Assembly: GCA_964016885.1 (NCBI GenBank)
Contig: OZ024744.1
Location: 46,500,001 to 46,564,000 of the forward strand
DNA length: 64,000 bases
Direction of reading: 5' to 3'
From: Eledone cirrhosa
Taxonomy: Eukaryota
The notes below the pieces were generated by a model. The model was not told where the DNA came from. It saw only the letters and a program-made list of their open reading frames with translations, and searched no databases. A program made the position numbers and the translations under genes. This document shows, one piece after another, positions 50,148 through 63,400 of this stretch (position 1 is its first letter; each line of letters begins with the position of its first letter).

Positions 50148-50415
50148 TTATCATCATCATCGTTTATTCTTCAACACCAGCATGGCTTTAGACGGGAATT
50201 GTCCCACTTGAAACAAGATTCGTTGTGTTGCTCGTATGGGACTACCTGGCAGGTTTTCTACGGCTGGATGCCCTTCCTTCCTCCAACCACGTTAACAGTG
50301 TGGACTGGGAGGTTTTTACCATGTTACCTACACAGTAACATTACAGCGTGGCCTGTTTGTTTTTTTGTCTTGACACCTACATGACCTTATTTATTTAGGA
50401 CTGGATGTTGTGGTA
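50148..50415 (-). mobile_element. Diverged RTE-A 3'UTR fragment
   Basis: Matches the RTE-A 3'UTR, (CAT)n end. Confidence 0.7.
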
Positions 50416-50522
50416 TATATGTATATATCAGAGATAATGAATCTAATAACTGTTTCTTGTATTTGTAATGTTATTTGTATATATACATGTAGGTTTACTA
50501 TGATTTTGTTTATATATTCTAG

Positions 50523-50582
50523 GTGACCATATTACAGTGTCTCCTCGCATTGCTTCAATGAAGCCTGAACCTACAAAAAGAA
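50523..50582 (+). pseudogene. Repeat exon with donor destroyed by a deletion
   Basis: Ends ...aaagaaagtattc; nearest GT is 1 nt out of frame and non-consensus. Confidence 0.5.
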
Positions 50583-50945
50583 AGTATTCATTGTGTACCT
50601 GTTTGGGTGTGTTTCACCGGTGATGCTTTTTTCAGTGTGTGTGTGCTCTGTTTGTATCAGTGTGATTTGTGTGTGTGCAATCTCTGTGCATGTGTATGTA
50701 AGAATAAATTTGCTTTATTAGAACTCTTGCAATGATTATAGAAAATTTAGTAGTAAATGTATATTTACGGATCTAAGCAGTTGGCGTCCTGAATCCTTTC
50801 ACTATATATAAATATATATATATAAATGGCAGTGGCAGTGGGAGTTTGGTCCATATATGTTTGGACTTGGTGTATATATGTATATATCAGAGATAATGAA
50901 TCTAATAACTGTTTCCTGTATTTGTAGATTTATATGTATTTATAC

Positions 50946-53016
50946 GGTAGATGAAGCAGTCAATAAGGTAGATGAAGCAGTCAAGGCCAAGAGACAGGCA
51001 TGGAAAGAATGGAAGAACGGGGGGAGCAGGGTACATTACATAGAGACCAAGAGGGAAGCTAGGCGACAAGTATACTTAGCTAGGAGGGAAGCAGAGGATA
51101 GAAAATTCAAGCATGTTTTACAACGTGAGGACCAGAAACAGGAGGTATTCAAGATTGCGAGGCAGTGTGTCAGAGATAGTTGTGATGTCATTGGAGAGAA
51201 GTGTATCCGGAATGATAAAGGTGAGCTTGCCCTCACAAGTGCTGAGAAGAAAGATGCATGGAAGAGTCATTATGATAGATTACTAAATGAGGAGAATGCA
51301 TGGGAAGAAGAGACCCTACACCACGTAGACCCTATAGAGGGACCAGCAGTACAAGTCAGCGGCAGCGTAGTAAGTAAGGCAATCAGAGATATGAAGATAG
51401 GGAAGGCAACCGGTCCATCGGGTATAGCTGCCGAGATGCTGAAGGCATCTGGGTCTGTAGGTCACACTATAACCACACGTATCGTTAACCAGGTAATACT
51501 AGAGGGGGCCATACCAAAAGATTGGTGCAGTAGCATCATTGTCAACTGCTACAAAGGTAAAGGCAATGCACTAGATAGAGGAAACTATAGAGGTATAAAG
51601 TTGATGGACCAGGTCATGAAAGTAACAGAAAGAGTTATAGCACAGCTGATTAGGGACCGGGTGAATATAGACGAGAAGCAATTTGGGTTTGTACCAGGGA
51701 AAGGCACCACTGATGCCCTCTTCCTTGTGAGGCAATTACAGGAAAAGTACCTAGCTAAAAGTAAGCCACTCTACTTGGCATTTGTCGACCTTGAGAAAGC
51801 CTTTGACAGAGTTCCACGTGCAGTAATCTGGTGGGCTCTTAGAAAACTAGGAGTAGATGAATGGCTTATGAAAGCGGTACAAGCCATGTATAGGGGAGCA
51901 GTCAGCAAAGTTAGGATTGGCAATGAGTATAGCGAGAAATTTAGCGTACAGGTTGGGGTCCACCAGGGCTCTGTTCTTAGCCCTCTCCTGTTCATCATAG
52001 TCCTGCAGGCAATAACGGAGGAGTTTAAGACCGGATGCCCATGGGAACTCCTGTATGCTGATGACCTCGCACTCATAGCTGAATCTATGGTAGAACTAGA
52101 GAATAAATTCCAAACCTGGAAGCAGGGACTAGAGAGAAAGGGCCTCAAAGTCAACATGACAAAGACTAAGGTCCTTATAAGTAGACGAGAAAACAGAACC
52201 CAGATCCCCTCAGGGAAATGGCCTTGCTCAGTATGTAGGAAAGGTGTAGGTAGGAACTCCATTCTCTGCCCCAAATGCAAACAATGGGTACACAAGAGAT
52301 GTAGCGGGATCTCAGGAAGCTTAATTAAGAATGTAGGATTCACATGCAGCAGCTGTGCTGAAACAGCAAGCAAACAGCCACAGGAAACAAGTACCACCAA
52401 TCTCTGGGAGGGCCCTGTAGAAACAGTAGACAGCTTCTGCTACCTAGGTGACCGAATTAGCAACGGAGGTGGGTGCTCAGAAAGTACAATAACTAGGGTA
52501 AGAACGGGATGGAAGAAGTTTAGGGAACTACTACCACTGCTAGCTGCAAAAGGCTTCTCCCTCAGAATGAAAGGCAGACTGTATGATGCGTGTATCCGAA
52601 CAGCGATGTTGCATGGTAGTGAGACCTGGGCGCTGAAGGTGGAAGACTTACGTAGATTAGAGAGAAACGAAGCCTGCATGCTCCGATGGATGTGTAACAG
52701 TAATATACGTGAACGACAAAGCATAAAGGAATTGAGAGAGAGACTGAGCATAAGAGGAATCAAATGCTGCGTGCAGGAGAGGCGGTTACGCTGGTATGGA
52801 CATGTGATGCGTATGAAGGATGACAGCTGCATAAAAAGGTGCAGAGCACTAGAAGTTGATGGAAACCGCGGAGTGGGGAGACCCAAGATGACTTGGGATG
52901 AGGTGATAAAAGCCGACCTTACCCAACTACACCTCTCAAAGTCAATGACACACGACCGTGACTTCTGGCGTCACGCAGTAATACAGGGTACCCGACCTCC
53001 CATGGGTACATGCTGA
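50946..53016 (+). CDS. RTE-B ORF2 fragment: RT plus PHD-like finger
   Basis: Same motifs as RTE-A; the first ~30 aa of the track ORF (from 50857) are host intron read-through. Confidence 0.88.
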
Positions 53017-53320
53017 AGCATATAAATAATATGCCCCCCCCCCCCCCACCGCAAGGTGGTCGTGGAGGTGCCACGGCAAAAAAGCACCCAGCCCACACTG
53101 TAAAGTGGACGTGTAGGCGCCACGAAAAAGCACCCAGCACTCACTGTAAATGAGGTTGGTGTTAGGAAGGGCATCCAGCTGTAGAAATCAAGCCAGATCA
53201 GTTCCTGTATGAGCAAGGCATGGTCAGCCGACCAGACACTGCCCACAACAGGACAACCCGTCTAACCCATGCTAGCATGGAAGAACGGACGTAAAATGGT
53301 GATGATGATGATGATGATGA
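50946..53320 (+). mobile_element. RTE LINE family B, 5'-truncated, open ORF
   Basis: RT ORF to 53016, 3'UTR, (ATG)n, short TATAC target duplication. Confidence 0.95.
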
Positions 53321-53361
53321 TATACATGTAGGGTTACTATGATTTTGTTTATATATTCTAG

Positions 53362-53421
53362 GTGACCATATTACAGTGTCTCCTCACATTGCTTCAATGA
53401 AGCCTGAACCTACAAAAAAAA
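53362..53421 (+). CDS. 60-nt repeat exon DHITVSPHIASMKPEPTKK
   Basis: tag|...|gtaagt, followed by non-repeat intron sequence. Confidence 0.6.
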
Positions 53422-53550
53422 GTAAGTCATGAAATAAGTAATGGTGGTTGGTGTGAATTTGCACACACACACATACATATACCACACACACATATACACA
53501 TATATATATATATGTGTGTGTTGTGTGTGTACATATTTATATGCATATAA

Positions 53551-53563
53551 AGAGAGAGAGAGA

Positions 53564-53629
<66 letters not shown>
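53551..53629 (+). repeat. (GA)n microsatellite
   Basis: Seen directly. Confidence 0.95.
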
Positions 53630-53631
<2 letters not shown>

Positions 53632-54174
53632 TTTATGCATATACAAACACTTTCTACCTGTCATATACACACATATGGGATATTGTAGGTAAAATGACAA
53701 TTAGTATTTTTCTTATAATATTATTGTGCGAGACTGTAGTACTCAACACACCATACCTGGAGAAAGAAGAATTTTATTTCTTCTTCAACATAGGAAGATT
53801 CACCTCCCTTTTCCCCTGTTAGCCAAACATATACTTCAAGGTCATTCACAATCGCACTTACTGTAATTATGGAGCAGGAAGTAAGAGTCTACTCCCCTAT
53901 TTTAGAGCATGTGTCCTCATTGTGATAATATCCTAAAAGAAATTCCCTCACATGCCCATGGTAACTTTTGAGCAGCATATTGTTTTTATTTTATATATAC
54001 CTTCACCTTCCTACCTTTCCTATACTTTTTATCCTTATGTGTTAGATAAATAAAGTACCAGTAATGTACTGGGGTTGATTTAATTGACTTTCCCTAAATT
54101 GTAGGCCTGGTCCTAAATCAGAAACTAATATATTTTTACCTTACAAATTATTTTATGGAGAAAGAGAATGAAAT

Positions 54175-54175
<1 letters not shown>

Positions 54176-54207
<32 letters not shown>

Positions 54208-55232
54208 GTTTAACGTCCATATTCCACGCTTGCATGGGTTTGGACGGGAGTTTTCCCACTTGAGGCAAGAGTGGTTGTCTTGCTCGGATAGGACTTTCTG
54301 GTGGGTTTTCTACATCTGGATGCCCTTCCTAACACCAACAACATTTACAGTGTGGGGCTGGGAGGTTTTTACCGTGTTGCCTACACGGCCACATTACAGT
54401 GTGGACTGTCTGGCGGGTTTTCTACAGCTGGATGCCCTTCCTAACACCAACTACATTTAGAGTGTGGGGCTGGGAGGTTTTTACCGTGTTACCTACACGG
54501 CCACATTACAGCGTGGACTGTGTGTTTTTTTGTCGTGACACCTACACAATCTCATTTGTTTCGGCCTGGATGTTGTGGCACCAACATAACTTGACATTGA
54601 AAGGGGCGGTGTGGATGTGGTGGGGGTGGTGGGATGGGGGTGTGTTTTGATAGAGATGCCTACTGACTGTAGTAGGTTTTACTTTGTATTTAGGTAAGGC
54701 GGGTCTTCTCTATTACTGAGTGCCGCCAAAGATCTCGGTCCAGTGACATTGTCTTGGAGAGGTGTAAGTGTGTGAGGTCGGATTTTATCAGGTCATCCCA
54801 GGTTTTTCTGGGTCTGCCTACTCCATGGCTACCGTCTATCTTTATTGCCCTGCACTTTTTTATACAGCTGTCGTCTTTCATGCGCATTACGTGACCAAAC
54901 CAACGTAGCCTTCTCTCGAGTAAACAACATCTGATCCCTCTTATTTCTAATTTTTCCCTTAGTTCGTTTATGCTTTGCCGTTCGCGTATATTTCTATTAC
55001 ACATCCAGCGGAGCATGCAAGCTTCGTTCCTCTCTAGTCTGCGTATATCCTCTGCACACAATGCCCAGGTCTCACTGCCATGCAACATTACTTCTTTGTA
55101 TGCAGGCATCATACAGCCTGCCTTTCATTTTTAGGGAGAACCCTTTAGTGGCTAATAGTGGTATAAGCTCTCTGAACTTTTTCCATCCAGTTCTGACTCT
55201 AGCTACTGTACTTTCGGAGCACCCTCCCCCAC
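54176..55232 (-). mobile_element. RTE-A 3' fragment
   Basis: C-terminal ORF 54690-55232, 3'UTR, (CAT)n. Confidence 0.92.
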
Positions 55233-55257
55233 TATATATATATATATATATATATAT

Positions 55258-58200
55258 AATAAAATTATTGTGTACAGTGATCAGGTGCACTACAACTCAT
55301 CAAAGGTGCATTTATAGTTCATAGAATAATATACAAATGTCAGGGAAGGGAATAGTGTATGAGTCATGATATACATGTGTGCATGTGTATGGAGGGGAAA
55401 TATTAGGTGTAGTGTTGGCGAATCTCAGGAAGCATGGACGTTTTAAAGGATGCAGTGTCTCGACAGCTAACAACTGGTGCAGGGAGTTTGTTCCATGCTT
55501 CAGCAACTCTGAGCGTGATAAAATGTTTGTGAAAGTCATGGGAGCTGTGCTGTTTTCTGACTTTGTGGGCATGCCCACGTGTGTTAGACACATGGAAATC
55601 AAAAAGGTACTCAGTGTTGTTGTTGGCAAGATGGTTAATAATTTTGTGGGTGTTTACCAAGTCAGTTGCAAGACGTCGGAGCTTCAATGTATCCATGCCC
55701 AGGGAAGCAAGGCATTCAGAGTATGGTAGATGCCCGATGGAGGGTATTCGCTTGTTTGCACATCTCTGAACAGTTTCCAGGCAGTCAATGTTCTGAGCAA
55801 GATAGGGATTCCAGGCTGGTGATGCAAATTGTAAGTGTGGCTGCACCATAGCTATGTACAGCTTTAAATAGATAGCTGGAGAGTGGCTGACAAAGGTCTT
55901 GCTGATTGATGCTAAGACACCCTCGGGCTTCTTGACAATTTTAGAGACGTGCTTCGTCCAACAGAAATTGCTGCTGACTGTAATGCCCAGGTCATGATAT
56001 TAGTGTTGTGGAGGGAGTATGTGGACGCTGGGTTTTTACTCCCAAAATGCATGATTGTGCACTTGTCCACAGCTAGCTTGAGTTACCAGTCTGTGATCCA
56101 TTGTTGCATTGTGTCCAGGTGAGATAGCAGGCAAGATCTATAGTGTTCAGGATCTGTCCTTTTTATCTCAAGGTACAGTTTGATGTCATCTACATATTTC
56201 AGTACTGCGGCATTCTTTAAGTTGGCATCTATGTCATTAATATATGCCACAAACAAAAAGGAGCCAAGAACTGTGGTACATCAGATGACATTTCATATGG
56301 AGAGGAATGCTATCCTAGAACCATGACTACCTCTCTTCGACTGAGAATGAAGGACTTCAACCAGTTAAGAAAGATCATCCTTCACACCCATTACAGAGAG
56401 TTTTGCCATAAGTCTTTTGTGTGGCACAGAATTGTAAACTTTAACAAAGTCAAAGTAAACAATATCCACCCATGAGCCGCCATCAGTGATCTGGGTGATG
56501 TCTTCAAGAAACTCGATAAGTTGATCACAGCAGTTGGAGTTAGGGATAAATCCAAATTATGAGGGCCAGATAAGACTGTGAGAGTTCCAGAAGTTCCAAA
56601 GCATTTCTCTGACACAGGATTCCACCAATGCAGCTAGTAAGACTGACGAGACGATAGTTCACAGGTGATATGCATTCACCCTTTTGAACAGAGGAATGAC
56701 ACTAGCAGTTTTCCACTGTTCTGGAGTAGCACCGTTGTTCAGACAGAATTGGAAGAAGCGTGATATCTGGTGCAGAAAGAAGTACCCACCACATTTGAGA
56801 AGCATGTACGTAACACCATCAAGACCAGGAGAGGCATGGTTGCGCTTATTTTTAAGGTGACGTCGCAGTATTGCAGGTGTAAATGACATAGTTGTAATAG
56901 AATCCGATGTCAAAGGTGGTGGAGACGGTACACTCTGGTCTTCAATAGGGAAAATGCCTGCATAGCATTCAGAAATGAGCCCTGCGTATTCCTTGGGGTC
57001 GTCAGTAACCTGGCCTGTGTGGGGATTGCAAAGAGGACCAACTGGAGAGTGAGGCCTCTGATTTGAGTGAACATACTTCCAGAACACCTTACTGTCAGGG
57101 CTGGTTACTATATGCTGCTCAAATTGAAACACTGCCTTTTTGTCACCTGTTTGAGATGGTTGGATGATTTATTTCGCTTCTTCTTATTGACATCTGATTT
57201 ATGCAGTTTGTACTCACGTTCAGCATTACGACGTTCTTTTCTGGCAAGACGGACTGCTGCAGTCTCCCAAATTGCACTTTTGGGATGTTTTTTCTGCTTA
57301 CGTAGCACCGATGCTGCACATGCTGTCCATTTTGAGCTCAGGATCTTCTGGAGTACAGTGTTGACATCTCCAGAGTCGTAAAACTCAAGTCAGTTTGGAC
57401 GTTGCAACTTGGTACAGTAACAGTTCCAGTCTGCTTTATTCCAGTCAAAGTGAGCAGTTTGGAAATAGTTGTGGCTTTTGTTACTGCCCATGAGGGATAG
57501 ATTGTCAATGGTCATAGCATGATCAGAGTTACCTAAAGGCCCCTCAGTAGTAACACTAATAATCATTTCAGGAGTAGTGGTGAAGAGTAGGTCCAAAGTG
57601 TTGTCACCTCTTGTTGGGGAGGTAACTACTTGGGACCAGTTTGAGTCCAGCACTAGCTCATGAAGTCATTTGCACTTGGCGGCCAACGAAAGGTTTCCCA
57701 GTCAATCTCAGGGTGATTGAATTCCCCTGCAATAAAAACAGAAGTGGCTGTTTTCCTGGCAGCAACTCTGAGGATATCACAAAGTTGAGTGTCCTGATGG
57801 TCATTTGGGGGACGGTAAACAACACCAAGAAGAAGTGTTGACATGGTCATAGGTATATCGCAGAAAAATAATTCCTGCTGCGATTGGTTCAAATCAACAC
57901 GAGGAATTGCCAAAAAATTTGACCGAATGTAGACCATTACACCACCACCACAACATTTATTGCGGTTTTCACGAAACAAGTTGTAGCCAGTTATGCTGAA
58001 AACCCCATCACAGAGTAAGGAATGTGCCCAAGTTTCCGTGACTGTAATGAAGTCAGGGTTGATACTTTTGACATAGGAGTGAAAAACATGAATCTTATTG
58101 CATAGACTACATGCATTCAAGGACAACAATTTGTAGCTTGATTCCAGGCTATGATTATGTGCAGGGGATGGCAGGTTGTTCTGATTTAGTTTCCCAGAGT

Positions 58201-58688
58201 TTTTTTATTGTCAGTTGTTGAGGGTACAGTGTTTTCAGACCAGCTGGTATCTCTTTTCCATGTTTCACCAGCTTTAATAAATTTCCATATCTGCCCATCA
58301 TCATGTAGGCTGAAGTTTTCATGTTCTGCCGAGCTGAGGTTTAAGGAAGCTGCAGCACGCAGCTTTGGGCGGACATCAGTTGAAAGACCAGGGCGTGTTC
58401 GGAAGGCAATCCGGCTTTCACGACTAGCTTTATCAGAGATCAAAAGATATGAACGTGCCTTAGTTGAGTTTGAAAAAGACAGTCTAATTAGCCTGGGTTT
58501 CGTGCCTGGTCGGCCAAGACTTAGAACACGCTTCGGGGAGCACAGCCCAAGTCTTTGGATGAACTGGCAGCAAATGTCTCTAGATCAACTATGTCTTCTG
58601 GTACACCAATGGCAATCACTTCCTGGGTTACAGATTCAGTGGCATTCTCAATGCGTCTAGATTCGGCAAGAGGTATGTGGAGATTTGG
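55258..58688 (-). mobile_element. CR1-type LINE, near full ORF2 plus ORF1 remnant, degenerate
   Basis: APE (LNACSL, ITVTETW, VVYRPP, AGEFNHPEIDW, PTRGDNTLDL, SDH); RT N-terminus SPGLDG..WKTASVIPLFK; CR1-type C-terminus NTRGH..RVAEAWNKLP. Confidence 0.88.
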
Positions 58689-59207
58689 TATGGTGGAACT
58701 AATGAATAAAACAGCGAGTACATATATAAGTGAAGTGATGCTGGTGTTATGTGTATTTTGATGTATACATATAGGTATATTGGGTGGTATATAAATTCAT
58801 TGTGTACCTGTTTGGATATGTTTGTCCGGTGATGCTTTTTTGAGTGTGTGTGTTAGGTTCTGTGTGAGCTCTGTTTGTGTTTGTGTGAGTGTGAGGTTCT
58901 GTGTGTGAACTCTCTGTGCGTGTGTATTAAAGTGTTATTTTCTTTATTAGGACTGTTGCCATGATTATATAAAATTTAGTAGTAAATGTATATTTACGGA
59001 GCTAAGCAGTTGGTGTCCTGAATCATTCGTTATATATGTATATATATATAAATGGCAGGGACAGCGGCAGTTTGGTCCATTTGTGTTTGGACCTGGTGTA
59101 TATATGTATATATCAGATATAATGAATCTAATAACTGTTTCCTGTATTTGTAATGTTATTTGTATATATACATGTAGGTTTACTATGATTTTGTTTATAT
59201 ATTCTTG

Positions 59208-59267
59208 ATTACCATATTACAGTGTCCCCTCGCAGTGCTCCTATCAAGCGTAAATCAACTGAAAAGA
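59208..59267 (+). pseudogene. Repeat exon with dead acceptor (YHITVSPRSAPIKRKSTEK)
   Basis: Acceptor reads TTCTTG; donor intact. Confidence 0.5.
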
Positions 59268-59880
59268 GTAAGTTATAATTTGAACATCATCTAATAAGTT
59301 ATTCAGTAATTTATTTAGGTTTTCAAAAGTAAATTTACACCTACTTAATTCAGTCAAGAATATCAAACTCTATATTACAAAATAAACATTTCCAGAATAA
59401 ACATATCCAGAATAAATATTTTATTGACTTCCTCAGAGACTTTGTAATGAGGACAAAAGTAAAGATAGACTTTTTTAGGGCATTATCAGAGATAGCTGAG
59501 AAAGAATGACATTATATGTGGTTCAAATAAGAAGATAAATGCTGCACTAGATTCATTGAGGTAGATGGAATTACCTCACAGATCAGTATTCTCATCTTTA
59601 ACAAAACTTCATCTTACAGTCCTTCACCATTTCTTGTCTCCCTACGTTCTTTATACACTACATCAACCAGTACCCTAAATATTTGGTTAAACCACTATAT
59701 ATATATCTGTTCTTCAGGACCAGTAGGAAACTAGAATATTTGTTTCATAATTTTAGACACCACACATATGACTAGCCACACTTTATTCCTTTCGGAAGGT
59801 TTAGATTTGTGGGATAAGTAAGCATGTCATTGACAGAACAAACCGTATAAATGGATCTAGTTGATTAAATAAACGACATA

Positions 59881-60396
59881 ATCATCATCATCATCACCGT
59901 TTTACGTCCGTTCTTCCACGCTAGCATGGGTTAGATGGGTTGTCCTGTTGTAGGCAGTGTCCAGTTGGCTGACCTTGTCTTGCTCATACAGGAACTGATT
60001 CTGGCTTGATTTCTACAGCTGTATGCCCTTCCTAACACCAACCTCATTTACAGTGAGTGCTGGGTGCTTTTTTTCCATGGCGCCTACACGTCCACTTTAC
60101 AGTGTGGGCTGGGTGCTTTTATTGCCGTGGTACCTCCATGACCACTTTGCAGTGGAGGGTGGAGGCATACTGTCTATATGCTTCAGCTTCAACTGAGAAG
60201 TCTGGTCTTCTGTATTTCTGCATGATGCCAGAGGTCAAGATCGTTTGTCATTGCCCTTGAGAGTTGTAATTAGGTAAGGTCGGCATTTATCACCTCATCC
60301 CAGGTCTTCTTGGCTCTCCCCAAGACTTCTAGTGCTCTGCACCTTTTTATGCAGTTGTCATCCTTCATACGCATCATATTTCCATACCAACGTAAC
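59881..60396 (-). mobile_element. Diverged RTE-B-like 3' fragment
   Basis: RLRWYGNMMRMKDD..TWDEVINADLT plus 3'UTR. Confidence 0.85.
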
Positions 60397-60497
60397 CTAT
60401 ATATTAATATACATATATATACATATATATATATATATACATATATATGTATACGTATACATATACATATATATATGTATACATATACATATATATA

Positions 60498-63400
60498 CAT
60501 CATCATCATCATTTTATGTCCGCCTTTCCCTGCTTGCAAGGGTTGAACGGGTCCTATTCAGGACAGCATCTCTCCACTTGTCACGGTCTTCGTCATCTCC
60601 TCGGTGTGTTTCAGTGATCTGAGGTCCGCCCATGTTTTACGTGATCTACCTCTACTGCGTCTTCCTTCTACTGGGATTCTTGGCACTTCTTTACCCAGCG
60701 GTCATCCTCCATGCGCATTACATGTCCATACCATCTCAGCCTTCTCTCCAGCACACCACAACTTATCCCTCTTATACCCAGTTTCTTTCTCAACTCGTCC
60801 ATGCTTAGTCGCTCACGTACATTAACATTGCACATCCAACGGAACATACTTGTTTCATTTCTCTCCAACCAACCATGTCTCACTACCATGCATCATCGCG
60901 CATCTCACAAAGGCATCATATAACCGTCCTTTCGTATGCAGGGAGAAACCATTCTTTGTCAACAAAGGAAGCAGCTCCCTAAACTTCTTCCAGCCCGTCT
61001 TTATTCTAGATACTATGGCCTCGGAACACCCCCCTCCCATGCTAATCCGAGCACCTAGGTACCGGAAGCTATCAACCACTTCTATAGAACCCACCTGCAT
61101 TGGAAAAATGTGTCTATCACTGCGATTAATACTGCCAACTTACCCTGTACATCTACTGCATACGTAGTTTCCCTACCTGTTAGTTTGCCTGCTATCACAC
61201 TACATTTCTTGTGTACCCAAGATCTGCATTGCATACATTTTATAGAATTTATGCCAGTTCCTTTTCTACATTTCGAACATGGTCATTTCTCTGGTGGAAT
61301 CGGAGTATTGTCCTCTCTTCTACTTATCAATACTTTTGCCTTAGCTATGTTCACTCTCAGTCCTCTTGATACCAACTGTTGTTTCCATAGCCAGAATTTA
61401 TTCTCTAGCTCTTCTACTGATTCTGCTATAAGAGGCAGATCATCAGCATATAGAAGTTTCCATGGGCATCCAGTCTTAAGCACCTCTGTTATGGCTTGGA
61501 GGACTATAATGAACAAGAGCGGGCTGAGGACCAAACCCTGATGTACACCTACTTGTATCTGGAATTCCTCACTAAACTCCATTCCTACTCTCACTTTACT
61601 GACAGCACCCCTGTACATATCTTGCACTGCCCTGACAAGCCATTCCTCCTCACCTAGTTTCCTTACGGACAACCAGATGACAGATCTGGGTACCCTATTA
61701 AAGGCCTTCTCTAGGTCAACAAAAGCTAAGTATAGTGGCTTATTCTTCTCTAAGAACTTCTCTTGTAGTTGCCTCACTAAGAAGAAAGCATCTATTGTAC
61801 TTTTCCGAGGCACGAAACCAAACTGCATCTCATCTAATTTGACCCTTTCTCTAATTAGTTGCGCTAATATTCTCTCTGGCACTTTCATAACCTGATTCAT
61901 CAGCTTTATGCCCCTATAATTGCTCCTCTCTAGAGCATACCATTTGCCTTTGTAGCAATTTATGAGAATACTGCTGCACCAGTCTTTGGGTATGACACCA
62001 CCATATATAACTTCATTGATGATGCGTGCAACCAGTTTAATGCCTACTTCACATGATGCCTTCAACATCTCAGCAACTATCCCCGACGGTCTAGCAGCCT
62101 TACCATTTCTTTAATTACTTCTTATACCCTATATTCGTCAATCTCAATAGCTGGTCCCTCTGTTGGGTCTACTGGGGGTAATTTCTCTCTGTCCCATTCA
62201 TTCTCCACATTCATCAGTCTCTCATAGTGACATTTCCAGGCCTCCTTTTTTATCATTCATGACACAAAGTACACCGGCATCATTCCGGACACATGTATCT
62301 CCAACAACACCCTGATTTGCACTGACACACTGCTTGGCAATGCCGAACACCGCACGTCTCTGATCTTCCCGTCGCAGAACATTGGCAAACCTCCTATTCT
62401 CAGCCTCCCTGCATGCTAAGTACACCTGATGTCTAGCTTCTCTCCTAGCAGCTGTGTATCCTTCCCTACTCCCAACATTTTTCCAAGCCTTCCATGCCAG
62501 TCTTTTGTCTCTAATGGCCCTATCTACCGTGCTGTTCCACCACCAGGTCACTCTCTGTCTGGTTGAAGCTCTGCCCCAACCACAAGTTTCTTCAGTAGTC
62601 TGCAGTAAGTTGTCACGTAAGAAATTCCAGTTATCATCTGTCATACAACTCTAAATCGCCTTCTTTTTCGTCATACATGTCTTGAAGGGCTTTGCTAAAT
62701 TTATATTTTAATGAAAGGTCTTTTAGTTTCCAGACCTTTCTTTTCCACACCTTCCTGTATGTCTCATTCTTTCTCATGCTTACTGAGATGTAACTAACGA
62801 CAAATTATGCTGTGGGGTACATTCTTCCCCAGGGTATGCCTTAGTATTTGACACCATCTGTCTGTCTCGCTGTCTAACTAGCAGGATGTCAATCTGGCTT
62901 ATGTGCTCGCCTGATTTGTAGGTTGGTTGGTAGGCTTCTAGAAGTTAGTGTTGCAAATAGTTAGTGCATTCGCATCACAAAACTCAAGAAGCTTCACTCC
63001 TTCTTCATTTCTTGAGCTGTAACCGTGCCCACCATCTACCCCAGTGTATCCATCCTGGAGCTGGCCAACATGTCCATTGAAGTCCCCTGCTAACATAACG
63101 ATGTCTCTGTCCTCTGTCATTGAGGCTGTTTGTAAAAGTTGCTCGTAAAAGCAGTCTTTCTCTTCTTTACCTAGGCCTGCCTGGGGAGCATAGGCAGAGA
63201 TGATTGTCAGTAGTCTCTTGCCTACAACTAATCTAAGCTTAATTATTCTATCACTAACTCTAACTACCTCTATTGTCTTATTGATCCACCTCTCAGCCAG
63301 TAATATGCCCACCCCACCTAACCCATCATCATTACCCACCCAGAAAAGCTTATAACTACGATGTTTGCCTGCGATTAGTCTTGCAGAGGCACCTCTCCAT

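Noticed and set aside
50857-50945. Host-RTE fusion protein suggested by the 719-aa ORF
   Set aside because: The N-terminal part is intron-unit sequence that happens to be in frame with a truncated RTE
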